A stretch of 62,172 bases of DNA, filler included, from Squatina squatina (Eukaryota): assembly GCA_031763465.1 (NCBI GenBank). It is 4 parts of 4 records of this genome, joined end to end, with 100 filler letters (N's around TTAATTAATTAA, not from the genome) between each part and the next. Parts side by side here need not be neighbours in the genome. Positions count along the whole stretch, not along the records: positions 1 to 18,754 come from JARFOE010000004.1; 3 more parts are not named here. The stretch is one strand, 5' to 3'. Numbering within the stretch: the stretch's first letter is position 1; every line of letters begins with the position of its first letter. A program made the translations under genes and the position numbers. The notes beneath the pieces are model-generated. The model saw only the letters and a list, made by a program, of their open reading frames with translations, did not search any database and was not told where the DNA came from. Shown here in pieces: positions 1-11,904 of the stretch.

Positions 1-207
1 TGTTTTCAGTGAGTACCTCAACCATTGCAGCACAGTACACTGTTAGTCTGTGGGTTATGGAAAATGATCTGAAAATCACAAGCCAACGATAAAGTGATAG
101 ACAAGTCAAGTCACTGGTGTGATATACAAACACGCAACTGTATTCATGGATTGATGGGCAGGAAAATACTGGTACTTTGAGCCACTTTTGTAATTTTTAA
201 TAGAAAT

Positions 208-625
208 AAAGAACTTGCATTTCTATAGCGCCTTTCACGACCTCAGGTTGTTCCAAAGTGCTTTACAGCCAATGAGGTACTTTTGACGTCTAATGTAGGA
301 AACGCAGCAGCCATTCTGCGCACAACAATGTGATAATGGCCAGATAATCCGTTTCAGTGATGTCGGTGGAGAGATAAATATTGGCCAAAGACCGGTGAAA
401 ACTCCTCTGCTCTTCTTTGAAATAGTGCCATAGGATCTTTTACATCTACCTGAGAAGGGCAGACGGTTGAACATCTCATCCAAATGAAGGCACCCGTGAC
501 AGTGCAGCACCCGCTCAGTGTCTCTCTGCCTAGGTTTATGTGCTCAAGTCCCTGGAGTGGGACTTGAATCTGCAGAGTTCTGATTCAGTAGTGAGAGTGC
601 TACCCCACTGAGCCACAGCTGACAC
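208..625 (-). mobile_element. tRNA-derived DeuSINE (SacSINE1-like), near full length
   Basis: Minus strand starts GTGTCAGCTGTGGCTCAGTGGGGTAGCACTCTC...GATTCAAGTCCCACTCC (A/B-box tRNA head). The body recurs at 27868-28285, 32474-32805 and 35322-35527. The tail GCTATAGAAATGCAAGTTCTTT resembles the L2 3' ends in this window. Confidence 0.85.
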
Positions 626-1094
626 ATGGGCCTTAATGTGTTTTAATGTAGATTGTAACTTTGGCAAAGGCAGAGCAATGAAAGCGATGCACTCAGACAT
701 GTGCTGTGGCTAGTGCACATCACTGGGTCCAAGCACTCCTTGGGTTAAGTATGCACCATTACTATGTCCCCACTGCCAGGCCCCAAGCAGCCCTGGACAT
801 GCACCATTGTTACGTTGGTGTCAGTGAGCCCCAGACATGCGCTGTTACTATGTTCACATTGCTAGATCCCACGTAGCTTCATGTGTCATTGCACTGAATG
901 AATTCTATTCAGCAGCTGAGAGGGGTAGAAATTGATGACCTTCAATGTATCTATTACACTGCAGCTGCTCGAGAATCTGCTGGCATCCCAAAGCACTAAA
1001 ACTTGAGGTTCTCAGTGAGTCGCAGACAGAGCAATATTTTGTAAACACAGTTAACAGAGCCTTCGGAATGCCATTGCTGTGAAAAATGCATGGG

Positions 1095-1642
1095 TGAAAA
1101 TAAATAAGGGCAAGTCAAGGAGCCCAGACAGAAGAAAACAGGAAGACAAAGTACCTCATGTAATAGGGGCTGGGATACAAAGGGGAGGAAGCGATGCTTC
1201 AGTTGTACAGAGGCTTGGCCAGGCCCCATCTGGAGTACTAGGTTCAGTTTTGGGCACTGCACCTCAGGAAGGACATATTGGACTTGGAAAGGCTACAGCA
1301 CAGATACACCAGAATGATACCAAGGCTTATAAAGGTTCAAGTTATGAGGACAGGTTGCATACACTTTGCTTGTACAGTATTCTCTTGAGTTTAGAAGGCT
1401 GGGGGTGATTTTACTGAGGTGTTTAAAATGATGAAAAGGCTTCAATAGGTAGATGCAGAGAAGCTTTTTCCCCTGGTAGAGGAATCCAGAACAAAAGGAT
1501 ACGATCTACAAATTAGAGCTTTGCCGTTCTGGAGTGAAATCAGCACGCACTTTTTCCACACAAAGGGCAGTCAAAATCTGGAACTTCTTCCTCCAAAAGG
1601 CTGTGGATGCTGGGTTAAATTACATTTTCAAGACTGAGATAG
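1095..1642 (+). mobile_element. CR1 LINE, degenerate ORF2 C-terminus/3' region
   Basis: Broken translation resembles the CR1 ORF2 end (RP(H)LEY.VQFWA..LRKDI.LE...; GSSYEDRL..L.LYS; HFFTQR.VKIWN). Confidence 0.8.
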
Positions 1643-1724
1643 GAAGGAACATAGGAACGTAGGCCATTCAGTCCCTTGAGCCTGTTACGCCATTCAATTT
1701 GATCATGGCTTGATTGGCATCCCA

Positions 1725-2092
1725 TCCACCTCCTTAAACATTCACTCATTCCATCACTAGCACAACATGGCTGCAGTGTGTACCATCTACAAGATGTAGT
1801 GTAGCGACTTACCAAGGCTTTTCCACAGCATCTCTTAAACCAGCAGCCTCTACCACCAAGAAGGACAATGTCAGCAGGTGCATAGGAACACCACCAGCTG
1901 CAAATTCCCCTCTAAATCATCGTCGCTGGGTCAAAATCCTGGAACTCCCTCCATAACAGCACTGTGGGACAACCACACACACTGCAGTGGTTCAAGAAGG
2001 CGGCTTGCCATCACCTCCTCAACGGCATCTGGGGATGGAATTAAATGCTGGCCTTGCCAGCGACGCCCGCATCCCATGAATAAATCAATAAA
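1725..2092 (+). mobile_element. LINE 3' end (CR1/L2 group), a family distinct from the adjacent CR1
   Basis: CTTAAACATTCACTC...CAGTGTGTACCATCTACAAGATG recurs at 18663-18754. Ends in AAATGCTGGCCTTGCCAGCGACGCCCGCATCCCATGAATAAAT; related tails at about 5815-5875 and 22575-22615. Confidence 0.65.
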
Positions 2093-3874
2093 AGAGCTTG
2101 GAAGGCCTGAAAAGAAACTTGAAAGAACAGATTAGGAATGAATAATAAACTGTATTGCAGCTGCTCAGTGAGTCTTTGTGGGACTTTGTGTGTTGCTCCT
2201 TTGAGCATAGTGTGCAATGCATTTGTTTACTTCCTCTTACCAGTGTCATATCTCTTTCTCCAGAACTGTCATATGCACTTTTTCTTGAAGGTAAAAAAAA
2301 AAAAATTGGAAATTGCTGTCGAATGTGGTGAGAGTTTTTCTGCTGCATTTCATTTGCTGTAACATAAACTCAGTTCAGGGTTCCCAGTTGACATAGATGC
2401 CGTCCTATAGTCTTTTGATATTGGGAATTGATAAACAACCATTAACCACATAAACTGAAGCTGCAATAAAACTTTACTGGACCGGAAAATTATGAGCACC
2501 ATTTTTAAAAAAAAATCTATTTTCTCCCTTTGTGTCGATGAGGGTGCATTGTGTTGCAGTTCCACTGATGCTGGCATTTCTCTGGTATATTGCTCAAGCG
2601 ACCATTCTTTATGTATGGTGATTGCCTAGAGACTGTTTGACCATGAAGAGCATCACAACCAAACCTGATCCTGCTCTCATGGACATCAGAAAATGCACTT
2701 TCTAGCTGGCCTCACTGGACAGTGATCAGGAGCGAGTAACCTGTTTGTTTTTGCCCCAGAGTCATTTTTTTTTAAAACATTGCTGACTGTGGTTCATTTT
2801 AAAACTAAAAGCTGTTTGATTCCATTTGACGATTCAGGAAATAATATTTGTTCCATTAGTTTTGCCCAAAATAAGCACCAACTGTGAAATTAACTTCAAC
2901 TTGCTGAGAAGTGCATTAACTGCACCAAGGCTGGATTGCCTTCTTTCACTGAATATTAAAAAGAATCAAATTCTGTTTAAAACAAACCACTGTGTTCTAG
3001 CATCATAAATAGCCTCTGGCTAACAAAGTGCAGCATTCAAACTAGTTTATTTGATACAGTGCAAAACTTTCAAGTATTGCGTTCTTTCTTTCTGAAGAAA
3101 TGCAAGTGTCTATCGAGCAGTTAGAATGTTTGATGTGGTAATGCCTGCTTTCTGTAGGTTTGGCTGTCTGTTATTTCACTTTTTAGTCCTATCGAGGCTG
3201 TTGCATGTTGTGCCAAAAATAATCTATCCTAATCCCTATCTTAACTGTGAGAGTCTCTCAAAATGTGACATCTGAACCTTGCTTGTCAATCCGTGCATTA
3301 AGCTGCAGTTTTATTTTACCATTAATCACCTTGCTATACATTCTCTTTCTGTTACTATCTCAAAGACAGTGTTGAGCTATGGAGAAATCTTTCTGTTAAA
3401 AAAAAATTCCAGATTAATTTAGCCAGTTTCCAGCTGGTTGAAGCACATTTGTTGTGCGTCACTCCTAAATCCCTCCTCACATTGCTGTATTTCATCCCAT
3501 AGAAGTCTTTATATTTTACAAAACACTCTGTGGTAATCTATTCCCGTTAATCAACCTTTACCTGCAAAGTGCAAATATTAAAATGCATTTGTTCTATTAA
3601 TGTGTGAGGGCAATGGGGTTTATATTTACAATCCACATAGACACAACTGAGTTTGAATATAAAATCCTCGTATGTTGGGCTGTATGAAGAGACTCCAGCT
3701 AAACTAGATAATTTGGATCAAAGCATAGCATTCCAGCACACTAAAACCACTTCCCATTGAATACAATTCTTGAATTAAGTACAACAGTTGCTTAAATTTT
3801 TCAGCTTTTTTCTGCATAAATGCCATCGAGAGGAAGTGGATGCCTAGCAGTGGTAGGCTTAAAAGAAATGACTG

Positions 3875-4240
3875 AAACATGGTCAAAAGAATAGACAGAG
3901 GACTTTTAAGGGCAGGGAGAGAAATAGCAGGAGGAGCTGTTTTAGAAGCAAGGATTCAGATGGCTAATGGCTCTGCTACTGATGGATGGAAGGGTTTGTA
4001 CATGGGAGGCTGGAGTAGGGAGATGAAATGACAGGGACAGAGGACTGGAGGTGGGAGATGCATGGTGGGGCGAGGCCACGGTTGTGTTTGAGAGTTTAGT
4101 GGGAGGAGGTAGTAGAGGCAGGGTGGGGCAAGACCATGGGTGGGTTTGTAAACGAGGACCATGATTCTGAAATCACTGCATTGCAGAGGAACAGAGAGCC
4201 AATGTAGGTCATTGAGGGAACTGGTGATGGGCGAGCTAGA
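3875..4240 (-). mobile_element. L2 LINE ORF2 C-terminal fragment
   Basis: Minus translation SSPITSSLNDLHWLSVPLQCSDFRIMVLVYKPTHGLAPPCL matches the L2 motif HITP.L..LHWLPV..RI.FK..L.YK..HGLAP.YL. Confidence 0.8.
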
Positions 4241-4670
4241 CTGAGCGCAGTGACAGGCTGCTGGTAAGTGTTTAAAAAGCGCGGGCTTTTTCCTTTCAGA
4301 GACCGGAGGCTGAGCGCAGTGGCAGGCTGCTGGTAAGTGTTTAAAAAGCGCGGGCTTTTTCCTCTCAGAGACCAGAGGCGAGCCNNNNNNNNNNTCACAG
4401 ACAGTCGGCAACGTTCCAGAACCATGTCACATTTCAAAAAGTGACGCGGGCAAGAGAAAGCAGCTGATTGGTGATTCGCCCAGGTTTGTAATTGTGTTAA
4501 TACTCTAAATTAAGTGTTCAGTTTAAAAGATTACGATTTTCTTATATTGGGATTGGAGTTCATTAATTTAAGGGTAAATCATGGAGGGGCAGCTCAGCGC
4601 CATGGTATGCTCCTCCTCCACTATGTGGGAAATCATGGATGCTTCCAGTGTCCCTGGTGACTACGTGTGC
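4241..4670 (+). mobile_element. CR1 5' end: 5'UTR with a 69-bp tandem duplication, then ORF1 N-terminal zinc finger
   Basis: Two 69-bp units (4241-4309, 4310-4378). ATG at 4581 gives MEGQLSAMVCSSSTMWEIMDASSVPGDYVC, the CxxCxMWE...YVC pattern of CR1 ORF1, cut by an N gap. Confidence 0.7.
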
Positions 4671-5914
4671 NNNNNNNNNNNNNNNNNNNNNNNNNNNNNN
4701 NNNNNNNNNNNNNNNNNNNNNNNNNNNNNNNNNNNNNNNNNNNNNNNNNNNNNNNNNNNNNNNNNNNNNNTACATCACACGCATCTTGCTGAGAGCCAAC
4801 TACAAGCCTTGTCAAATGTAATTGTATTAACTCAGCAGTATTTTATAAAATCTTCAGAATGGTCGAAACCACATTGTGTTATGTGCATAACTTCGCGTGT
4901 GGTTGTGTTTGCGTTTGCGTGACTGTGTGTGAGACTGTGATGGACTGGGTGTGTATGTCTTCTGTCTGACTGTGTATCTGTGTGTGCCTGTGTCTAGCAT
5001 CGGTCTTGCAGTGCATAGTATTGAGTTCCAGTCACTATAAATAAATATGGATTAAATGGGGTTGATTGGGAACTCTGCATTCTGCCAGCGGGATCTGTGA
5101 AATTGACGACTTTACGTCTGTCTCATGTAATGTGATTCCTCTTAAACTCCCAAGTGAGGCAAAAGTGTTGCCATCTGTTCTCATTAGCAGCTTGTTTAAG
5201 ATAAGAGTTTGCTCCAAATAGCAACATGTTTAAAGTTTCTTTACATAAAAGCAGAGAGTATTTTGTTGCCAAATTATTTTTTATTCCTGAAATTTATCTG
5301 CAATGGTTTTATCTAATGCTTAAACTCAGGAATGCTCCCCCCACATATAGGAAATCTTAACTAATAAGTGAACATTTTGATTATATTTAATTCTGTAAAG
5401 AAGTATTAAAAGAATTTAGTATTTCAATTTTGTTTGGAGGAAAAACTTCAGTCTCCAATTCCAATTTCATGAGCCCATCAGAAAGCACGTTTCAAATATA
5501 GAATTACGCACCTTAGCCTGTAACAATTAATCTAATCCACCTACAATGTTAAAGGTATGAAGGAAAATATTGCATAATAACTGTGTAGAGAAAATGACCG
5601 TAAAAGCTTCTGGGTTATCATAATCCATGTGGTCCGTTGATGTCCTTCAGGGAAAGAAACTAACTTGCAACCGCCACACATCCCCTCCCCGCGCTCCCCG
5701 GCTACATGTGACTCCAATTCCACACTCGGTTGTGTCTCGATGCCTTTTGAAGTGACCTACCAAGCAAACACATTCCTCCAATGAAGAAGACACCCCCCGG
5801 CCTCAGGGAAACAAGGGGCGGGCAATAAATGTGTCCTTGCCCGCATTGCCCACATTCAGAGAACAAATGAAAAAAGGAACCATTTACAAGTTAATTTAGC
5901 CTTCACTTTGCTCA

Positions 5915-6349
5915 GGCTAGATTATAGAATGGTCCCAGCGGATTGGAAGGTAACAATTGTAACACCGTTATTCAAGAAAGGAGAGAGAGAGAAAACAGGG
6001 AACTAAAAAGGTCAGTTAGCCTGAGATCCGTCATCAGGAAAATGCTGGAATTCATTAGTAAAGAAGTGCTAACAGGGCATTTAGAAAATCATAATGATTA
6101 GGCAGAGTCAACATGGTTTTGTGAAAGTGAAATTGTGATCAACAAATTCAAGAGTTTTTTGAGAATATAAATAGCAGGGTAGATAAAGGGGAACCAGCTG
6201 ATGTAGTACATTTGGATTTCCAAAAGGCATTTGATAAGGTGCCACATAAAAGGGCTCATGGGGTTGGGGGTAATATATTAGTATGGATAGAGGATTGGTT
6301 AACGGACAGAAAACAGAGAGTAGGGATAAGCAGGTCATTTTCAGGTTGG
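5915..6349 (+). mobile_element. CR1 reverse transcriptase fragment
   Basis: VPADWKV.IVTPLFKKGEREKTGN..., QHGFVK, DFQKAFDKVPH, WIEDWLTDRKQRVGI, with frameshifts and stops. Confidence 0.9.
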
Positions 6350-6449
6350 NNNNNNNNNNNNNNNNNNNNNNNNNNNNNNNNNNNNNNNNNNNNNNNNNNN
6401 NNNNNNNNNNNNNNNNNNNNNNNNNNNNNNNNNNNNNNNNNNNNNNNNN

Positions 6450-6545
6450 GGTGCACCCCTCCCTCCCCCCTCCCTCCGTGCACCCTCCCCCCTCCCTCCA
6501 TGCACCCCTCCTCCAGACCTCTGTGCACCCTTCCTTCCTCCATAC
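6450..6545. repeat. C-rich short tandem repeat (TGCACCC(C)TCC core, 4 copies)
   Basis: TGCACCC followed by C/T runs repeated four times next to an N gap. Confidence 0.6.
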
Positions 6546-6981
6546 ACACACACTCTGCTACTCAAGCACATGCGGTGTATCTGAGAGAAAGTCTTGCAAG
6601 ACTGTAAATATAAGTTTGTAAGATGTCAAAGTGCAAGAGTAAAGCTTGACTAAATATTTTATTGCTCCTTGAAATTAGAATATAGTGTGAGAAAATGTGT
6701 GTCTTACTTTATATTGTCTGAACAAAGTGCAAACTTTTTACAAAGCTTGAAGCTCTAAAGTTCTGTTCAATCTCACAATAATTGCTAAGCTTGGTCACCA
6801 ACTTATAAACAATTAAGTGATGCTACATCGTGTGGCTTAAAAACAGTAACCCAATGCAGTGCAGCCATGAATTGCAGCACCTCGGAGAAAGTGCACGTTA
6901 CAAGGTCAGCATAGAGTCTCAGACCCACTCTGGCAAAGCCACCAGCACAGTTGTTTTTATTTCATGTACTTTTCTGAGCAG

Positions 6982-7128
6982 GAAAAGGAAGACAAGGCGA
7001 TGCTGCAGGCTGAAGTTCACCACCTGCGACACGATAACCTGCGGCTTCAGGAGGAGTCCCAGACCGCTGCCGCACAATTACGGAAATTTACTGAATGGTT
7101 CTTCAATACCATCGACAAGAAGTCCTGA
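6982..7128 (+). CDS. SIPA1L2: SIPA1L2 last coding exon (C-terminal coiled coil)
   Basis: Acceptor TTTTCTGAGCAG| then [48 protein letters not shown]. Matches the remembered SIPA1L2 C-terminus (...[17 protein letters not shown]). Neighbouring DISC1 and TSNAX support this paralogue. Confidence 0.92.
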   Translation, partial: EKEDKAMLQAEVHHLRHDNLRLQEESQTAAAQLRKFTEWFFNTIDKKS

Positions 7129-8015
7129 TGTACAGACACCATGATAAAAAGCACTAGATGGAAGATTTATTAACTCCTAGAATGTTATACTAATCTGTTC
7201 AGAAATAGGTATAAGTGTTGTAGCTATAATTGTGTGTCTGATTCTGTTCACACGAACACACCAATGACAAGAATACAGTTTAACCCAGCAGTATTCACCA
7301 TGTGGTTGAAACTTGCTAAGAGCCTCACAGCCTCTTGTATTGTAAAATAGAATCTTGAGACGGTAACTTCAATGTAAAAGGTGCTCTATTTTTTGTAATT
7401 CGTTTCTTTCATGTCGCAGTGTCATAGCAATAAGACTTTAGTGATACCCGCAGGGCTTTGTTTGGAATTTAGCACTAGTCTGATGAAGCCAGTTTAGATA
7501 CAATTACTTTAGGGGAATGTTCTTTTGCAGGAATAAACATTGGTGCCTGAAACAAGCAGTGTTCTGATGTTTAAAGCTACACTTGCCTTTTGAATGGCTC
7601 ACTACTAAATCTACAACTTCACTGATTTTTGTACAGTTCATTTAAGGCTGTAGGATCAATGGTGCACCTTTCTCCATAGAGTGTGTACGCAGTGAGTCAG
7701 CAAGCCACTTGTACAATGCCAAATTTATCTTTGTACAGAAGCTCTAATTGAAAAGTGTCTTGTATTTAACAATTATTTAAAATTATTTAACCTTAAATTG
7801 TTAAATTTATTAAGTTTTGTTTATCTGCACTATGAAAAACAGATTTTGTTGTAAATTGTGTTGTCTGTAGTTCGTCAGTACAGAGACTGTCATGGTTTGT
7901 AGTAAATCTAACATTTGGATGCTGCTAGTATACAATATTCCCTGGTTTGTACGCTTTGAGAAATGTGTTCTTTTTAAACTACTTCTTTTGAAATGTGACA
8001 TACAGTTGCTTTTAT

Positions 8016-8021
8016 AATAAA
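8016..8021 (+). promoter_or_regulatory. Candidate polyadenylation signal of the SIPA1L2 3'UTR (about 7129-8045)
   Basis: AATAAA at the end of a repeat-free AT-rich stretch after the stop codon, followed by a T-rich downstream tract. Confidence 0.45.
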
Positions 8022-8799
8022 TGTAGGACATTTAGTTGCTCTATCTTTTATTTTTCTGCAATTTCTGTATTTCCTGTAACAGGTCATGATCTAGAAGGAG
8101 CACCTCCTGTGCTGCTGGTCTCGGGGCTCATGTCTAGGGTTATTTAATCCTTTGAATATGTTTTCAGACATAAAAGCGGTGGGATAAGATAAATGCATTG
8201 CGCTTACATGAGGCAGTGGAAGAAAAAAAACATGACTTCTTGGAGAGCAGAGGTCAATGTCTGATTGTGTAATATGTCATTATCTTTGATTGCATCTGCA
8301 TTAGGACTGATGTGTGTATGTGGTGGTCTGTCCTGGTTGATTAAAGATATGAAAATAGTAGATTTTCTGGGACACCTGGTGCAGCTCTCACAGACCTGTC
8401 AATTTGGAGTGAGAATAGCCATAATTTAGTCATGAAAACCACTCATCAATTATGGAGGTCTGTGAAATAGCCAACGGCAGCAACAACTCAATGCTAGTAC
8501 ACGATCCCAAACATACTTATTCAGGAACAACATGCAGCACCACAGAGTAATGGGGCATAGGCTCATCCTTGTGAAACCCCAATATCTCAAAGTCAGCAAT
8601 CCCGCTGTCACGATTCACCAAGTGAAGGTCAGCCTCTTTCACATGGGGAAGGCAGAAGGAAAACTGGAGGGAGAGTCGTAATGCAGATTGCTGTTTGTGN
8701 NNNNNNNNNNNNNNNNNNNNNNNNNNNNNNNNNNNNNNNNNNNNNNNNNNNNNNNNNNNNNNNNNNNNNNNNNNNNNNNNNNNNNNNNNNNNNNNNNNN

Positions 8800-9645
8800 G
8801 ACCTGGCGCGATAGCCTGAGCCTCCTTTGGCACTGCTGCTCAGTCATGTTGAGGAAGCTCATCCTCTGCCTGTATATGCTGTGTTGGGGGTATCTCCTCT
8901 GGCATGGTGCAGACCTGCAGGGATGCCCTCTGTCCTGTGCAGCATCAGGTGTTTGAGGCGAAGGTTGGTGGTGTTGTTGTGAGTGCTGGTATGCCTGCTG
9001 TTGTTGGTGTTGGGGCTCATCGTAATCCGATTCTGAGGAACAAGGTAAGACAGTATAAACTGTAGCCATGCTGATGGAATAGGTGTCAGGTAAAAGAGAG
9101 ATGCCAAAAGCAATCTGTCAATAATGCGATGTGTTCTACCAAAGAAATAAGACTGGATGCCAACTTTGCTGCATATGCTTGCAGCCTGTAGCATGCTAAA
9201 TCTGCGCTGGGAATAGTCAGCAACAGCTTCTGCCTGAAGAAAGTAATCATCTGTGAGGTGGGAGCATTTATAGAACATTTCATGCTGTCAACTAATCAGC
9301 TGGAGTAATGGCCACTCAACTCCCATCTCAGGTTGACAGGCATGGGTCCTGAGCTTCGTGAGCCCCTTGACCATGCAGGGAGATTTAAAATCTCGGGGTG
9401 GGGAGGTGGGTGCGGGGGGTGCGCAAAAGGCTCTGAAGTGTCTGCAAACAAGCTGATAATGATTTCAATTAGGTCGGCCAACTCTGCCGGTCGGATCAGG
9501 TCGCTGCTGCACTGGCAAACGCTCCTGAGGGAAAGGCGTGTGGGGTTGGGATAACGGCGGGTTCCCAACCCACTCCCACTTTTTACCAAGTTCCCACCTG
9601 ACCTGCCTCCACTCCTGCCCGCACGAACCCCAGAAAATCCCAGCC
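8800..9645 (-). mobile_element. PIF/Harbinger transposon 5' part: terminus plus transposase N-terminus
   Basis: Minus ORF from 9069 contains RRYPQHSIYRQRMSFLNMTEQQCQRRLRLSRQV (HARBI1-like N-terminal helix-turn-helix region). GC-rich subterminal region ends in GAAAATCCCAGCC (GGCTGGGATTTTC on the minus strand). Confidence 0.7.
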
Positions 9646-10731
9646 AATGTTTTTGGAGGAGGTGTAAATGGGAATAGCAGAATCATCAGCAACAGCTGCC
9701 ATCTGGAAAAGTGGGGACGGGGGTTATGATCTGAAATTGTTGAACCCAATGCTGAATCCTGAAGGCTGTAAAGCACCTANNNNNNNNNNNNNNNNNNNNN
9801 NNNNNNNNNNNNNNNNNNNNNNNNNNNNNNNNNNNNNNNNNNNNNNNNNNNNNNNNNNNNNNNNNNNNNNNNNNNNNNNTAGTATTAGATACAATACCAA
9901 AGCAGACTTTACTTGGTTAAATTTGATACCAGAAACAGTTACCGATGTAATGCAGCTAATGTTAAAACATTCAATACAAACCCTGGCCCTTGAATTTAAA
10001 AAAAAAACTAAATTAAGTGCTTTATAATGACTGCATGTCATATTTTTGTAACTATGTAATTATTGAATGCAAATCTAGGACTTGCTAGGACATTATACAG
10101 TTAATAAAAGTGTCTTCATGTGGAATGTTATAAGCCAACATCAGGTGTATTTGCCTTCAAGTAATTCCTCCTTTAGTCACCAGCTTTTGACTACAAAATC
10201 TCCTGACTCCTCCTCCTCTTCCTCTAAGGGCAAAAGTTGTTTCAACATTGCCTGCAGTGTTTCTTTCATCATCTGGATTTCTCTCTGTAGATACTGTGGA
10301 CAGTTATTAAGGATGAAACATGGAGATGATTAGCAGTTATTTTCTACTGGTTATTAATTGAACTGAAATGACAACAAAAGTACCAGCTGGGCACAGCTAA
10401 AATAATTGCATTTTAAATTAATTCTAAATAATTTGTGATTAAATAATTACCACTTAAACTTATGTAAAATACTTTTAATTTTAATACTGATTTATTCTAC
10501 AAAATGAATTTATAACTTTAGTTAACAGCATAGAGTAACTTGCCAATTATTCAAACTCACTTCATGTCAGTAACATCTTTTAAACACCTCCCTTGTTTAA
10601 TAATTGTGAAATTGGCAGCAATACAAAAAGTGTAGGACAAAAACTACCCTTGGTTGGTACCTTAAAAGGAGTTCTCTACTACTGAGATATAGGTAAATAA
10701 TACATGGTACCAGAAAGTGTTATAAAGATTA

Positions 10732-11388
10732 ACAACTTGCAATTATATAGTGCCTTTAACAATAGAAACAATGGTGCTCCACAGAAGTGCAAGGAAAAAA
10801 TGGATGTTGAGCCAACAAAGGTGATATTAGGAGGGGTGACCAAAAGCTTGGTCAAAGAGGTGGGTTTCAAAGAGGAGAAGGAAGTGAAGAGGTCAAAAAG
10901 GTTTAGGGAGGGACTTCCAGAATGTGGGGCTTAGGGAGCTGAAGGCAAGGCCAGCAATGGTAGGGGGCAGGGAGGGGTGATGCCCTCGAGGCCAGAGGTA
11001 GAGGAATGGAGGGTTTGGGGATGGGAGGGATTTGTAGAAATAGGAGTGAGGCCATGAAGATGAGAATTTTACATTTGAGGTGTTGGGGAGCCAGAAGCCA
11101 ATATAGTTTGGTGAGGATAAAGGTGATGGGTAAGCAGGACTTGGTATGGGATGGGATATAAACAGCTAAGTTTACAGAGGGTGAAGGATGGGAGATGAGC
11201 CAGAAGAGCATTACAATAGTCGAGTCTGGATAATGACAAAGGCATGAATGAGGGTTTCAGTAGCAGATGGGTTGAGGCAGGATCGAAGGCGGATAATGTC
11301 AGAGAGGGGAGAGTATACAGTCTTTGTGATGAGGATATGGGATCGGATGATGAGGGAATTAATAGCAAGAGGGCTGAAAGTGATGGCT
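10732..11388 (-). mobile_element. L2 LINE 3' portion
   Basis: Minus translation IIRLRSCLNPSATETLIHAFV / SRLDYCNALL / LTKLYWL. The 3' tail reads GCACTATATAATTGCAAGTTGTT. Confidence 0.9.
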
Positions 11389-11489
11389 ANNNNNNNNNNN
11401 NNNNNNNNNNNNNNNNNNNNNNNNNNNNNNNNNNNNNNNNNNNNNNNNNNNNNNNNNNNNNNNNNNNNNNNNNNNNNNNNNNNNNNNNN

Positions 11490-11875
11490 GCTGCACACTT
11501 TATGACAGCAGGATCTGCGAGATGCTGGAGACTCATGTGGCACGCGTTAGCACCAGCACTAAACCGGCACTGAAATTTGGGGGGCATCGCAGTGCCTCAT
11601 TAGCAGCCACTCCCCCCGCCCCCCCTCCCCCATCCCACAGCACTAGCGAGAGGTGCTGAGCAGCTGAATTTCTCTCCCTAGCTTTCATTCGAGCGAGACT
11701 GGCATGAACTTGGGCCCCCGCTGAGAGTTCCACCACCCAGCAGTGCGTTCAGCAGTCATTGTAATTAGCAGACAGCATGAAGGTCGCGTGCTGCCTACAA
11801 TCCTTTCAACGGGTGGCCGCGATCATGCATCACTCACCCTGTGCCCGTTTTTGGGTGTGATTTAAATTTTGCCTC
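11490..11875. mobile_element. GC-rich DNA transposon remnant (Harbinger-like non-autonomous)
   Basis: CpG-rich island in an AT-rich background, ending TAAATTTTGCCTC like other putative Harbinger termini here. Family assignment is inference. Confidence 0.4.
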
Positions 11876-11904
11876 ACGTCAAATCAAGGTTCTATATGTT
11901 TTAC

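Noticed and set aside
540-625. tRNA gene
   Set aside because: It is the tRNA-derived head of a SINE, continuous with the SINE body. The same applies to about 18415-18470.
8800-9069. Host gene with a Gln/His-rich N-terminus, or domesticated HARBI1
   Set aside because: It is flanked by a transposon-like terminus, and a frameshifted DDE fragment of the same superfamily lies at 43350-43660, so it is best read as a transposon copy.
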